Source of the DNA: Holophagaceae bacterium | GTDB taxonomy: Bacteria > Acidobacteriota > Holophagae > Holophagales > Holophagaceae | Direction: 5' to 3' | Assembly (NCBI GenBank): GCA_039812765.1 | Contig: JBDIBF010000002.1 | Span: forward strand, 1,682-65,681 | Length of the DNA stretch: 64,000 nucleotides | Part shown: in pieces, positions 1-12,478 of the stretch | How the letters are laid out: each line of letters opens with the position of its first letter | Position numbering within the stretch: position 1 is the stretch's first letter | Notes under the pieces: model-generated | What the model was told of the DNA's origin: nothing | The model's database searches: none | The model's input: the letters and a program-made list of their open reading frames with translations, nothing else | Position numbers and translations under genes: made by a program

Positions 1-1237
<1,237 letters not shown>

Positions 1238-1239
1238 CC

Positions 1240-1722
1240 ATGGCCAGCGCCGCCACCGATCCGCTCCGCGCCCACCTCGCCAGGCTCCTCGCCTGGGAGG
1301 ACGCCCACGCCGGCTTCGAGGCCATCACCAGTGGCGTGCCGCCGAAGCTGCGGGGGGCCCGCCTCCAGGGCCTGCCCTACTCGCTGTGGGAGCTGCTCGA
1401 GCACCTGCGCCTGGCCCAGGAGGACATCCTGGACTTCTGCGTGAACCCGGCCTACCAGGACCGCGCCTGGCCCCAGGACTACTGGCCGGCGACGCCAGCG
1501 CCGCCTGACGCCAGGGCCTGGGCCGCCTCCGTCGCGGCGGTGAAGGCGGACCGGAAGGCCCTCCTGGACCTGCTCAGGGATCCGCACCTGGACCTCTACG
1601 CCACCATCCCCCACGGGAGCGGGCAGACCTACCTGCGGGAATTCCTCCTGGTGGCCGACCACAACGCCTTCCACCTCGGCCAGATGCTCGTGGTGCGCAG
1701 GCTGCTGGGGGCCTGGGGCTGA
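1240..1722 (+). CDS. DinB-family (DinB_2-like) protein
   Basis: ATG at 1240, 2 nt after the ppdK stop, in the frame of the 199..1722 ORF. 160 aa with a helical-bundle His pattern (WELLEHLRLAQEDIL, ADHNAFHLGQM). Followed by a clean terminator. Confidence 0.6.
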   Translation: MASAATDPLRAHLARLLAWEDAHAGFEAITSGVPPKLRGARLQGLPYSLWELLEHLRLAQEDILDFCVNPAYQDRAWPQDYWPATPAPPDARAWAASVAAVKADRKALLDLLRDPHLDLYATIPHGSGQTYLREFLLVADHNAFHLGQMLVVRRLLGAWG

Positions 1723-1743
1723 GCGCCTCGGCTACACTGGAAG

Positions 1744-1769
1744 GGCCGCGCCCCGCGCGGCCTTTTTTT
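1744..1769 (+). terminator. intrinsic terminator (GGCCGCG-loop-CGCGGCC followed by T7)
   Basis: 7-bp GC stem at 1744-1750/1756-1762, then TTTTTTT at 1763-1769, read directly from the sequence. Confidence 0.8.
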
Positions 1770-1780
1770 CGAGCGGATCC

Positions 1781-3478
<1,698 letters not shown>

Positions 3479-3551
3479 GGGGTCCCCGGCCCTTCGTCCC
3501 TGGCCTTTGGCCGCCTCGCCACGGGCCACGGACGAGGCTCCGGGGACGGGC

Positions 3552-3950
3552 TCAGAGCAGCTGGATCTCCTTCGCCGAGGCGGTGACCACGAAGCACCGT
3601 TCGTTGTTGGAATCCCCGTCCACAGGGATCAGGAAGAAGCCGGGGCGGTTGGGCTGGTAGCCCTGGGTGGTGCCTGCGAGGGTCTCGCCGTCCTTGAAGT
3701 GCACCACCACCTTGCGGCCTGGGGCCAGCTTGCCTTGTTCGAAGTCGTTGATCTTGCGGTGGTCGGGCCGGCCTCCAAGGGTCTTCACGAAAAAGAGCGC
3801 CTTGAGGTCCGAGACGAGGATCTCCATGGCCTTCGTTCCGGGGGGCGCGTCGTCCGGGGCGAGGTGGAACAGCTCCTTGGCGGGCAGGAAGTCGTTGGTC
3901 CGGCCCTTGATGATCCGGCCGTCCTTGAAGCGGGCCACCACCTGGTTCAT
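3552..3950 (-). CDS. hypothetical protein with internal two-fold repeat
   Basis: 132 aa, ATG start. Two similar halves (VVARFKDGRIIKGRTNDF / VVVHFKDGETLAGTTQGY). High third-position GC. No family recognised. Confidence 0.6.
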   Translation of the reverse strand: MNQVVARFKDGRIIKGRTNDFLPAKELFHLAPDDAPPGTKAMEILVSDLKALFFVKTLGGRPDHRKINDFEQGKLAPGRKVVVHFKDGETLAGTTQGYQPNRPGFFLIPVDGDSNNERCFVVTASAKEIQLL

Positions 3951-4084
3951 CCTTCGCTCCTCCCGGGGTCCCCGCCCCGCCGCCCTGCCCCTGTGCTGGA
4001 ATGCTGGGCAGGATGGTATCAGGGACGGATGGGCAGACGGTGGATGCAGCGCTACCGTGGAACGGACAGAGGGACCAAGACGCG

Positions 4085-4663
4085 ATGAGACTGCTGCTGG
4101 GAGCCTTTCCCCCGGAACTCGGCCCCTTCCTGGCCACCACGCCGCGGGGCTGGCGCGCGGCGAGCACCGGAGTCGGCGCCCTGCTCGCGGCCGCCTCCAC
4201 CGCCCGCCTCCTCGAGCAGCTCCATCCGGAGCGGGTGCTCTTCGTCGGGACCTGCGGGCACTACGACGACCAGCTGCGGGTCGGCGACCATCTCTGGGCC
4301 GCCGAGGCCCTGTCCTCCAGCCTCGCGGAGTGCCGCGGCGAAGCCTACCGTCCAGTCGTCGAACGCACGCGATGGCCCGCCACCTGGGAGCTGCCCCTCC
4401 CCGGGCACACGGTCGTGGTGCCGCCGGCCATCACGCGGACCGCCGAAGGCGCGGTCCTCCTGGGAAGGCTGGGCGCGGCGGAACATCTCGAACTCACGGG
4501 GGTGTACGCGGCCTGCCACGCGGCCGAAGTCCCCGTGGGCGCGGCCCTCGCGGTGGTGAACGCCGTGGGGCCCGAAGCCCAGGCGCAGTGGCGGGCGAAC
4601 CACGCCCAGGGCAGCCTGGACCTGCTCGGCCGCCTCAGGGAACTCGACGTCCTGCCGGCCTGA
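4085..4663 (+). CDS. nucleoside phosphorylase-family protein (possible futalosine hydrolase MqnB)
   Basis: PNP_UDP_1-like layout (MRLLLGAFPPEL, GVGALLAAASTARLL, VLFVGTCG, EHLELTGV). Start chosen at the internal ATG 4085; ATG 4001 is the alternative. Functional subtype is uncertain. Confidence 0.5.
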   Translation: MRLLLGAFPPELGPFLATTPRGWRAASTGVGALLAAASTARLLEQLHPERVLFVGTCGHYDDQLRVGDHLWAAEALSSSLAECRGEAYRPVVERTRWPATWELPLPGHTVVVPPAITRTAEGAVLLGRLGAAEHLELTGVYAACHAAEVPVGAALAVVNAVGPEAQAQWRANHAQGSLDLLGRLRELDVLPA

Positions 4664-6980
4664 CCAGCTCCGATGCGCCCCGACCGTCCTCGACGCGCCA
4701 TCCTCCCGCGACCGCGAAGACCCGCACGCCCAGGGCGGATCCCGTGACCCGGGGCGGCTCCAGGCCGAGGGTCCGGAAGGCCTGCATGGTCTCGGGGTGG
4801 GGATGGCCGAAGCGGTTCCGCCGTCCGGCGGTGGCCAGGGTCAGGTCCGGGCGGACGGCTTCGAGCCACGCCGGATCGCTGCTGCTGCGGCTGCCGTGGT
4901 GCCCGGCCTTGAGAAGGACATAGCCCTTCCAGGGCCCGGGATCCCCCAGGGCGAGGAGGTCGCGCTCCTGGATCGCCAGGGCGTCCCCCATGAGCCAGAG
5001 TCGCCGGTCCCGCCAGGTCACGCGAAGCACCAGGGAAACCATGTTCGCGTCCTGGAGGGCCTCCAGGTCCAGCGGTGCCGGCGGCCAGCGCGCGTCGAGC
5101 AGGGTCTCTCCCCGAGCCCAGCCCTGGCCGCGGCTCAGGGGCCTGCCGGCCGCGCCGGCGGGCCTGAAGGGTTCCCACGGCAGGGGATCCCGCAGCGCCG
5201 GCAGCATCACGTCTTCCAGGGGCCACAGACGCGCCAGGGTCCGCCAGCCGCCCGCATGGTCGCCGTGGGGATGGGTCACCACGAGGTGCAGAGGCTCCTG
5301 GACGCCCCGGCGACTCAGCACCTTCACGATGCGCCGGGCCGCCCAGGGACTGCCACCGGTGTCCACCAGGGTCGCGGCCGCGCCGGGAGCCCGGAGGAGG
5401 AGCGCGTCCCCCTGCCCGACATCGATGGCCTCCAGTTCGAGGGTGGAGGGCGTGTGCCCGGTGCCGCGGAGGGCGCCGAGCGCCCCGGAGGCGACCAGCG
5501 CCGCCACCAGGAGGGCGCGGGAGCGCCGGAGGCCGGCCCGGGCGTGGGCCAGGGCCGGCCATGCGGCGGCGAGGAGCAGCCAGGGCAGGAGCACCGCGGT
5601 GCACAGGGGCTGGAGCCCCGAGAAGCGGGGCATCAGGGCGGTGCCGGTCCAGGCCAGCAGTGCCCCGGTCGCCTGGGTGAGCCCGGGGACGGGGACTAGG
5701 GTCAGCAGGAGGCACAGCGGCGTCAGCGCCGCGACGGCCGGGAGGACCACGAGGTTGGCGAGCACCCCCCACGTCGGGACCCCTCCGAAGAGCAGGGCGA
5801 CGAGGGGCAGCGTGCTCAGCCAGGGTGCGGTGAGCCGGGCCGCCGGCCCGGCGGCGCGGCCGAGCAGGGGGGCCAGCAGGCCCGCGAGCGGCTCCGCCGC
5901 CCAGAGCAGGCCCAGCAGCGCCCACCACGCGAGGAGGAAGCCGGGATCGCAGCCCGCCCCCGGGTGGGCCAGGAGCCAGAGCAGGAGGGCGCCGTGGAGG
6001 GTGATCACGGGAGGTAGGCGCCAGCCTTCCGTGCGCCCCAGGATCCATGCCATGCCCATCAGCAGGCCGCGCCACACCGGAGCGGAGAGGCCCACGGCCA
6101 GCGCGTAGGCCAATCCGCCCAGGGCCGCGGCCAGGGCCGCGAGCCGGGGCCGCCGGCGGAGGACGCGCCTCGCCAGCAGCTCCAGGGCGGCGATGACGAG
6201 GCTGACCTGCAGGCCGGACACCACGAGGATGTGGAGGGTGCCGCTCTCGGCGAAGGGCGTGAGGGACTCCTCGTCCACCACCGGCAGGCCCAGGGCCAGG
6301 GCGCCCCAGAGATCCCGGGCCGGCCCCGGCTGCAGGGGCAGCGCCTCGAAGCGGCGGCGGACCCACCCCTTCCAGGCCAGGGCCAGGGAGGGGCGGGCCG
6401 ATCCCAGAGGTTCCAGCTCCAGGGCCGAGGCGAGCTTCGCGCGCCGGGGCGCACGGTCGCTGCGCGCTCGCCAGAGCGGCCGCTCGGGCAGGAAGCGCGG
6501 GGCCGGATCCACGGGCCGGAGGTCCGCCAGGAGCGCCACCGGCGTGCCGGGGGCAGGCGCGGGTTCGCCTTCGAGGGGCAAAGCCACGGGCACGTCCAGC
6601 CCGGCGACCTCCGGAGGAGCGGTGAGGTGGAGCCGGCCCTCCCTCCGGGTCCCGGCGGGCGTCCAGGGCTCCGCGACCCATCCCTGCACCCGGAGGGGGC
6701 CCTCCGGCAGGCGGCGTTCCCACCGCGCCCCCAGGGCCAGCTGGCCGCAGCACCCCCAGGCGAGGGCGAGGGCGAGGGGCAGGGCGGCGAACCGCGTCCG
6801 CAGCAGCGGGGAGGCCAGGAGCACGATCGCCCACCCGCCGGCCTGGAGGGTGGGAGGAAGGCGGCCATCCCAGGATTCCGGGAGGATCCACGGCACCGCG
6901 CAGGCCGCGAGGAGCGCCCAGGGCAACGCCCACAGGGCGGGGGAACCGACCCGACGCCACAGGGCTTCCCGGCTGAGCAT
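4635..6980 (-). CDS. comEC: DNA internalisation-related competence protein ComEC/Rec2
   Basis: 781 aa with a polytopic membrane core and a C-terminal metallo-beta-lactamase domain (IDVGQGDALLL, VVTHPHGDHAGG, LKAGHHGS). Confidence 0.85.
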   Translation of the reverse strand: MLSREALWRRVGSPALWALPWALLAACAVPWILPESWDGRLPPTLQAGGWAIVLLASPLLRTRFAALPLALALAWGCCGQLALGARWERRLPEGPLRVQGWVAEPWTPAGTRREGRLHLTAPPEVAGLDVPVALPLEGEPAPAPGTPVALLADLRPVDPAPRFLPERPLWRARSDRAPRRAKLASALELEPLGSARPSLALAWKGWVRRRFEALPLQPGPARDLWGALALGLPVVDEESLTPFAESGTLHILVVSGLQVSLVIAALELLARRVLRRRPRLAALAAALGGLAYALAVGLSAPVWRGLLMGMAWILGRTEGWRLPPVITLHGALLLWLLAHPGAGCDPGFLLAWWALLGLLWAAEPLAGLLAPLLGRAAGPAARLTAPWLSTLPLVALLFGGVPTWGVLANLVVLPAVAALTPLCLLLTLVPVPGLTQATGALLAWTGTALMPRFSGLQPLCTAVLLPWLLLAAAWPALAHARAGLRRSRALLVAALVASGALGALRGTGHTPSTLELEAIDVGQGDALLLRAPGAAATLVDTGGSPWAARRIVKVLSRRGVQEPLHLVVTHPHGDHAGGWRTLARLWPLEDVMLPALRDPLPWEPFRPAGAAGRPLSRGQGWARGETLLDARWPPAPLDLEALQDANMVSLVLRVTWRDRRLWLMGDALAIQERDLLALGDPGPWKGYVLLKAGHHGSRSSSDPAWLEAVRPDLTLATAGRRNRFGHPHPETMQAFRTLGLEPPRVTGSALGVRVFAVAGGWRVEDGRGASELVRPAGRRVP

Positions 6981-7075
6981 CCCACCCTTGTACCAGAGCC
7001 GTCCCGGGACCTTGCCTTGACAAGGGCTCCCCCCGGGTGGAGCCTCGGCAAGGCCCCCACCCGCGAGAACCGCCC

Positions 7076-7822
7076 ATGCGCACCCACCCCCTTCAGCGCC
7101 CGGTCCGGACCGGGCTCGCCTGCCTTCTCTGCGCGGCAGGGCCGGCCCTGGCCGGCTGGTCCCCGAAGGTCCACGAGGCCCAGTCCCGCCTCGCGCTCCG
7201 GATGGTGCCCCCCCGGCTCCACGAGCTCCTCAAGCCCCACCAGGCCGCCTTGCTCGCCACCGCCCGCGGCCAGGCCAACGACAATCCCCCCACGGTGGAC
7301 GAGGTGGAGGACCAGTTCCGGCGCATCGTGGCCCTCAGCGAAGCCAAGGCCTCCCTGGATCGCCTCGCCGCCGAGCTCGGCGTCCTGGCCCACCAGGTCC
7401 AGCTCCTGTCCGATCCTTCGGCCACCCAAGGCGTCACCGCCCTGCGCGAGGTCTTCGAGGCCTACACCGACGGGCGGTTCAGGGACCTCGTGCTCACCCG
7501 GGAGCCCTTCTGGGCGGCCCGGGCGCCGCTGGACCCGCACCCGCCCCTCCTGCAGCTGGCCCGGACGAAGTTCGAGCGCCACGCGCACCTGGCCGAGCAT
7601 TTCGACGCCTCCACGGGCCGGTCCATCGGCCCCTGGGATGAACTGAGCGTGCCCTACGCCCAGATGCAGCTGGCTTTTTCCAGCGGGGTGAACGCCACGG
7701 CCAACCTCTGGACCCTGCTGTGGCGGGCGGTCGGCGACCTGTGGCTGGATCCCCGTTCCCGCGACCAGCGGAACCTTTCGGCCCCGGATCCGGTCCAACC
7801 GGCACAGGATCCCGGCCCCTAG
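7076..7822 (+). CDS. secreted hypothetical protein (possible PLC/P1-nuclease-superfamily zinc enzyme)
   Basis: Signal peptide MRTHPLQRPVRTGLACLLCAAGPALAG, then W-x4-H (WSPKVH), reminiscent of the mature N-terminus of S1/P1 nucleases. The functional guess is weak. GTG 7037 is an alternative start. Confidence 0.5.
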   Translation: MRTHPLQRPVRTGLACLLCAAGPALAGWSPKVHEAQSRLALRMVPPRLHELLKPHQAALLATARGQANDNPPTVDEVEDQFRRIVALSEAKASLDRLAAELGVLAHQVQLLSDPSATQGVTALREVFEAYTDGRFRDLVLTREPFWAARAPLDPHPPLLQLARTKFERHAHLAEHFDASTGRSIGPWDELSVPYAQMQLAFSSGVNATANLWTLLWRAVGDLWLDPRSRDQRNLSAPDPVQPAQDPGP

Positions 7823-7889
7823 GTTTTTCGACCCTCCGGGACTATCTTTGTGGTCTCGCATCGCGACTTATCTTCGGGGAGCGCCTTCC

Positions 7890-9758
7890 ATGGCCAACTA
7901 CACGCGGCTCGGTTCCTACCTCCTGGCGAGCGAACTCACGGCTGATCCCATCGGCCGGATCCACCGCGGCATCGTCACCGTCGGGGGCAACTTCGACCGC
8001 CACGTCCTCGTCCGGACCTTCTTCGAAGAGATCCTGGGCGCGGGGTTCGCGCCCAAGCTCACGGAGGCCTCGAAGATCCTCCCCCAGCTCGGCGGGTCCA
8101 AGGCCTTCGGGATGAACTACCGCATCGAGACGGGGAATCCGCCCCACGTCGTCTGTGACTACGTGCCGGGCCGCAGCCTCGCGCAACTCCTCGACAAGGC
8201 CAAGCACGAGCAGATCCCCTTCGGCGTGGACCACGCCCTCTCCGTGCTCCAGGGCATCGCCCAGGGCATCATCCAGCTCCATGGCAAGGGGCTGAGCCAC
8301 GGCCTCCTCTCCACCCACAGCGTCTGGGTCAGCTTCGAGGGCGCCGCGCAGATCCTGGACGCGCCCTTCAGCGGGATCCTCCACGGCCTGATGCCGAAGC
8401 TGCCCGTCACCCAGACCTCCCTCCAGTCCTACCTGAAGGACGGCCTGAACCCCCTCCAGCAGGACTTCTACAGCCTGGGCGCCATCCTCTACGAACTGCT
8501 CACGCTGGACCGCCTTCCCACGATGGGGGACCCCGGGCCGTTCGTGCAGCGTGCCACGCTCAAGGCGGCCCAGGAGGACACGCCGGTGCCCCCTGAGATC
8601 CAGAACCTCATGGTGAGGCTGCTCGGCTTCGCGCAGCCCTTCGACAGCGTGGGCGCCTTCAACGCCGAACTCGAGCGGGTTCTCTACGACGGGGACTACA
8701 GCCCGACGACCTTCAACATGGCCTTCTTCATGCACACGCTGTTCCGGGAGGAGAACGACAAGGACGGCGCGGGCGTGAAGGCGGAGCAGGCGGACAACTA
8801 CACGGCCTATGCCATGGTCGCTTCCGGAGAGGGGCGGGGCGGAGAGTCGCACGCCGTGGATTTCGCCCAGGAGGAGGTGAAGTCCAAGAACAAGCTCCTC
8901 GTCTTCGGCGGTGCCGCCGCCGCGGTGGTCATCGCCGTCCTCGGATTCCTCGCCTTCCGCCCCAAGGGCGAGAGCGAAGAGGTCAAGAAGATGCGCGAGA
9001 CCCTCGCCCTCCTCCAGCAGCAGAAGGCCGAGGAGGACGCGAAGAAGGCCGCCCTCGCGGGCCAGGCCGAGGCCGCGAAGGCCAAGCAGGAAGAGCTGAA
9101 GCGGCAGGCCTCCGAGATGAAGGACGCCACCGAGAAGGCCAAGCTCCTCGAGCAGCTCGAGAAGGAGAAGCAGGCGCAGGCCGAGATCGAGCGGCAGCAG
9201 CGCGAGCTCGAGGAATCCCGCCGGAAGCGCGAGCAGGCCTTGAAGGAGCAGCAGGAAAAACTCGTGGCCGCCAAAGCCACGCCAGCCCCGCCCCCCGCTC
9301 CGAAGCCGGAGCCGCCGAAGCCGGAGCCCCCGAAGCCCGCCGCCACCGCGCCCGCCCCGGTTCCCGCTCCGGCTCCGGCCACACCCGCTCCCTCGCCGGC
9401 CGCTGCGACACCCACGCCGGCGTCTCCCGCCCCCGCCGCCGCGGCGCCCCGGGAGGTCGAGGAGACCCAGGTGCGCATCGTCAGCAAGGCTGCCGCGGCT
9501 TTCCCTGCCAGAGCCCAGCTTCAGCGGTGGGAAGCGAACAAATCCCACACGGTGCGCCTCAAGGTGTATGTGGACGCCAACGGCAAACCGCAGAAGTTCA
9601 ACATCATCGAAGGCGTGCCCGGGCCCTGGGGCTTCGACGAGGCCGCCCAGGACGCCGCCAGCCGCAGCACCTTCACGCCTGCGACCCGGGACGGCAAGCC
9701 CGTGGGCGGCTGGATCGAGTTCACGGTGGTCTTCCAGGCCCAGTTCGGGCGGCGCTGA
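7890..9758 (+). CDS. pseudokinase - TM - coiled-coil - Pro-rich linker - TonB C-terminal domain protein
   Basis: N-terminal Hanks-kinase-like fold with catalytic motifs replaced (HRD becomes SHG, DFG becomes DAP). One TM (VFGGAAAAVVIAVLGFLAF). KE-rich coiled coil, (PEPPK)n/PAP linker and a TonB_C-like end (VRLKVYVDANGKPQKFNIIEGVP...FTPATRDGKPV). ATG 7890 chosen. Confidence 0.75.
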   Translation: MANYTRLGSYLLASELTADPIGRIHRGIVTVGGNFDRHVLVRTFFEEILGAGFAPKLTEASKILPQLGGSKAFGMNYRIETGNPPHVVCDYVPGRSLAQLLDKAKHEQIPFGVDHALSVLQGIAQGIIQLHGKGLSHGLLSTHSVWVSFEGAAQILDAPFSGILHGLMPKLPVTQTSLQSYLKDGLNPLQQDFYSLGAILYELLTLDRLPTMGDPGPFVQRATLKAAQEDTPVPPEIQNLMVRLLGFAQPFDSVGAFNAELERVLYDGDYSPTTFNMAFFMHTLFREENDKDGAGVKAEQADNYTAYAMVASGEGRGGESHAVDFAQEEVKSKNKLLVFGGAAAAVVIAVLGFLAFRPKGESEEVKKMRETLALLQQQKAEEDAKKAALAGQAEAAKAKQEELKRQASEMKDATEKAKLLEQLEKEKQAQAEIERQQRELEESRRKREQALKEQQEKLVAAKATPAPPPAPKPEPPKPEPPKPAATAPAPVPAPAPATPAPSPAAATPTPASPAPAAAAPREVEETQVRIVSKAAAAFPARAQLQRWEANKSHTVRLKVYVDANGKPQKFNIIEGVPGPWGFDEAAQDAASRSTFTPATRDGKPVGGWIEFTVVFQAQFGRR

Positions 9759-9814
9759 GCCGCACCGGGGTCGGATCCCTCATGGCGCCCCCGCTTCCCG
9801 GGGGCGCTGCCGTG

Positions 9815-10273
9815 TCAGGGCCCGGCGCGCCTGGCCGCGCCATTGGCCAGCCGGTCCACCCGCTCGTTCTCGGGATGCCCGGCGTGGCCGCGCACCCAGC
9901 GCGTCTCCACCCGATGTCGCGCGGCCTCCGCGTCGAGGGCCTGCCAGAGGTCCGCGTTGAGCACGGGCTGGCCGTCGGCCTTGCGCCAGCCCTTGCGCTT
10001 CCACCCCGGCAACCATTCCGCGAGCCCCTTGAGCACGTACTGGCTGTCGCACCACAGCCGCACGTCGCAGGGGCGGATCAGGGCCCGAAGGCCCTCCAGG
10101 GCGGCGGTGAGCTCCATGCGGTTGTTGGTGGTGTCCGCCTCGAAGCCCGAGGCCTCCTTCTCGATGTCGCCCTTCGAGGTGCGCGTCCGCAGCAGGTAGG
10201 CCCAGCCCCCGGGCCCCGGGTTCCCGAGGCAGGCGCCGTCGCAGTAGAGGTCCACTTCGGTTTTCGAGGCCAT
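9815..10273 (-). CDS. rnhA: ribonuclease HI
   Basis: [41 protein letters not shown] motifs. Start at internal ATG 10273 (M48 of the listed ORF). Confidence 0.9.
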   Translation of the reverse strand: MASKTEVDLYCDGACLGNPGPGGWAYLLRTRTSKGDIEKEASGFEADTTNNRMELTAALEGLRALIRPCDVRLWCDSQYVLKGLAEWLPGWKRKGWRKADGQPVLNADLWQALDAEAARHRVETRWVRGHAGHPENERVDRLANGAARRAGP

Positions 10274-10742
10274 GGCTTCCACGGTAGCGTGGGACATGGC
10301 CCCTGATCCCGCCCCCCCCGTGGTCCGAGTCCAGGAGGCGCCCCTGGACGCCGGGGCGCTGAGGGCCGCCGCCGCCGATCCCGCCGCCGGGGCCGTGGTG
10401 GTCTTTGAAGGCACGGCGCGGGACCATCACGAAGGCCAGGCGGTGGCGGACCTGGCCTACGAGGCCTACGCGCCCATGGCGGAGGCCGAGCTGGCCCGCC
10501 TCCGGAGCGAGGCGATGGGGCGCTTCGGGCTCCGCCGCTGCTTCATCCACCACCGCACCGGCGTGGTGCCGCTCATGGAGGCCGCCGTGGTGATCGTCAC
10601 CGCCTCGGCCCACCGCAAGGAGGCCTTCGAGGCCGCGGCCTGGCTCATGGACCGCATCAAGGAATCCGTGCCCATCTGGAAGCGGGAACGCTATCGGGAG
10701 GGCGGCGAAGCCTGGGTGGAGGGGCAGGCCCGCCGGACCTAG
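10272..10742 (+). CDS. moaE: molybdopterin synthase catalytic subunit MoaE
   Basis: 156 aa. [40 protein letters not shown] and PIWKRE motifs are typical of MoaE. An internal ATG at 10296 is an alternative start. Confidence 0.85.
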   Translation: MASTVAWDMAPDPAPPVVRVQEAPLDAGALRAAAADPAAGAVVVFEGTARDHHEGQAVADLAYEAYAPMAEAELARLRSEAMGRFGLRRCFIHHRTGVVPLMEAAVVIVTASAHRKEAFEAAAWLMDRIKESVPIWKRERYREGGEAWVEGQARRT

Positions 10743-10825
10743 GGCCAGGGCCTCCATCACCAAGATATTCCTGGATTCCCATGCCCTCCGGCCTCATGCT
10801 GGAGGACTTGCGCGAGGAGCGAACC

Positions 10826-11173
10826 ATGGCTCACGAAGGCCACGAGCACGGACCGGATTGCAACCACGAGCACGACGATTCCTTCGAGATCGAGGTCGTC
10901 GAGCTGGAGGACGAGAACGGCGAGAAGGAGGAGTTCGCCATCCTCGAGGAGGTGGACTTCGAGGACCGCCACTTCTGCGTCCTCGCGCCCCTGCAGGAGG
11001 TCCAGGCCCAGAGCGAGGGCAAGCTCAGCGAGGAGGAGGGCCTCTCCCTCGAGATCTTCGAGGTGAAGGACGACATGTTCACGCCCCTGGAGGACGAGGC
11101 GCTGGCCGAACGCCTCATGACCCATTTGGACGAGATGGCCGCCAAGCTCGCCGAGGAAGAGGACAAGGACTGA
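10826..11173 (+). CDS. DUF1292-like acidic protein
   Basis: ATG 10826 lies 7 nt after GAGGAG. Highly acidic, with an EEFAILEEVDFEDRHFCVLAP pattern like the DUF1292 family. Confidence 0.65.
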   Translation: MAHEGHEHGPDCNHEHDDSFEIEVVELEDENGEKEEFAILEEVDFEDRHFCVLAPLQEVQAQSEGKLSEEEGLSLEIFEVKDDMFTPLEDEALAERLMTHLDEMAAKLAEEEDKD

Positions 11174-11193
11174 CCCGCTAGAATCATCGATGA

Positions 11194-11219
11194 GCGAGGC
11201 CCCCGCTCGGGGGCCTCGC
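11194..11219 (+). terminator. putative terminator hairpin (GCGAGGCCCCC-GCTC-GGGGGCCTCGC)
   Basis: Perfect 11-bp stem followed by GCTTTCT, 20 nt after the DUF1292 stop. The U-tract is weak. Confidence 0.55.
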
Positions 11220-11236
11220 GCTTTCTGGAGCAGGCC

Positions 11237-12478
11237 GTGGCGCAACTGTGGGTGGATGCATTCTCGGGCCTCTCGGGCGACCTGTGGGTGGGCGGCTTCC
11301 TCGCCCTCGGCGTGCCCGAGGCCGAGCTGCGCGCCGTCCTCCGCGGCCTGCCCTTCGACGACCTGGACCTCCGCGTGGAAACGGTGATGCGCTGTGGCGT
11401 AAAGGGACTGAAGGCCAGCGTCCTCATCGGCGGGCGTGTGGACGCCGGCGGGCCGCACCTGGACCTGCCCGCCGGCGCCAAGCGCGTGCTGCGACGCCAT
11501 GTTAAGACGAAGCCAGGCGCCCACGTCCACGGGCTGCGCTGGGTGGAGGTGGATGGGCTGCTCAAGGACCGCCTTGACCCCCGCACCGCCGACGTGGCCC
11601 GCGGCGCCTTCGAGAAGCTGGCCCAGGCCGAGGCCCGGGTCCACGGGATGCCCCTCGCGGAGGTCCACTTCCACGAGGTGGGCGTGAAGGACAGCATCGC
11701 CGACGTGGCCCTGGCGGCGGCGGGCTGGGTGTGCCTGGGCGAGCCCGCGGTCCACGTCGGACCCATCGCCCTCGGGACGGGGCGCACGCCCATGGCCCAC
11801 GGCAACTACCCGATCCCCGGCCCCGCCACCCTCTTCCTGCTGGACGGCTTCGAGCTGGTGCCTGGCGCCGCGCCGGACGGCAAGGAGCTCACCACTCCCA
11901 CCGGCGCCGCCCTCGCGGCCCAGCTCGCCGGGTCGAAGCGGGCCCCCCGGCGCTTCATTCCCGCGCTCAGCGCCTTCGCCGCCGGCGGCTGGGACTTCCC
12001 GGACAGCCCCAACGTCGCGCGCTTCGTGCTGGGCGAGGTGCCCGGCGGGAACGCGGCCCTGCTGCAGGTGGAGACCAACCTCGACGACGCCACGCCCCAG
12101 CAGGTGGCCCACGCCCAGGCGCGTCTGATGGAGGCCGGCGCCCTCGACGTCTGGGTGACGGCCGCGACCTTCAAGAAGGGGCGCAGCGGTTGGGTGCTGG
12201 GCATGATCCTCGAGCCGTCGAGCGTGGAACCGCTCACGCAGGTCCTCGTTTCCGAGCTGCCCACCCTCGGCCTGCGCATGTGGCCGCTCCAGCGCCTGGA
12301 AGCGGAGCGCACCTTCACGGCCGCGATGGTGGAAGGCCGGACCGTCCCCGTGAAGGAGGGGCGCTGGCCCGGCGCGACGACCCGCCAGCCCGAATTCGAG
12401 GATGCCAAGGCGGCCGCGAAGGCCCTGGGCAGGCCCCTGCGGGAGGTCCAGAAGGCGGCGAAGCGGGGTAAGGCCTGA
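11237..12478 (+). CDS. larC: LarC-family nickel-insertion protein (DUF111)
   Basis: 413 aa with a GTG start. The N-terminal DAFSGLSGDLWVGGFLALGVP motif and overall length match the LarC/DUF111 family. Confidence 0.8.
   Translation: MAQLWVDAFSGLSGDLWVGGFLALGVPEAELRAVLRGLPFDDLDLRVETVMRCGVKGLKASVLIGGRVDAGGPHLDLPAGAKRVLRRHVKTKPGAHVHGLRWVEVDGLLKDRLDPRTADVARGAFEKLAQAEARVHGMPLAEVHFHEVGVKDSIADVALAAAGWVCLGEPAVHVGPIALGTGRTPMAHGNYPIPGPATLFLLDGFELVPGAAPDGKELTTPTGAALAAQLAGSKRAPRRFIPALSAFAAGGWDFPDSPNVARFVLGEVPGGNAALLQVETNLDDATPQQVAHAQARLMEAGALDVWVTAATFKKGRSGWVLGMILEPSSVEPLTQVLVSELPTLGLRMWPLQRLEAERTFTAAMVEGRTVPVKEGRWPGATTRQPEFEDAKAAAKALGRPLREVQKAAKRGKA

Noticed and set aside
4345-7083. 912-aa minus-strand ORF (and similar giants: 22500..26276 +, 29495..32884 +, 48401..51484 +, 57973..60156 +, 60099..62564 -)
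   Set aside because: They are Pro/Arg/Gly/Ala-rich low-complexity translations that overlap well-supported genes in other frames or antisense. They are typical open-frame artefacts of ~70% GC DNA. Parts of some were used only where an internal start gives a recognisable protein (for example MoxR, AroD/E, WS/DGAT).
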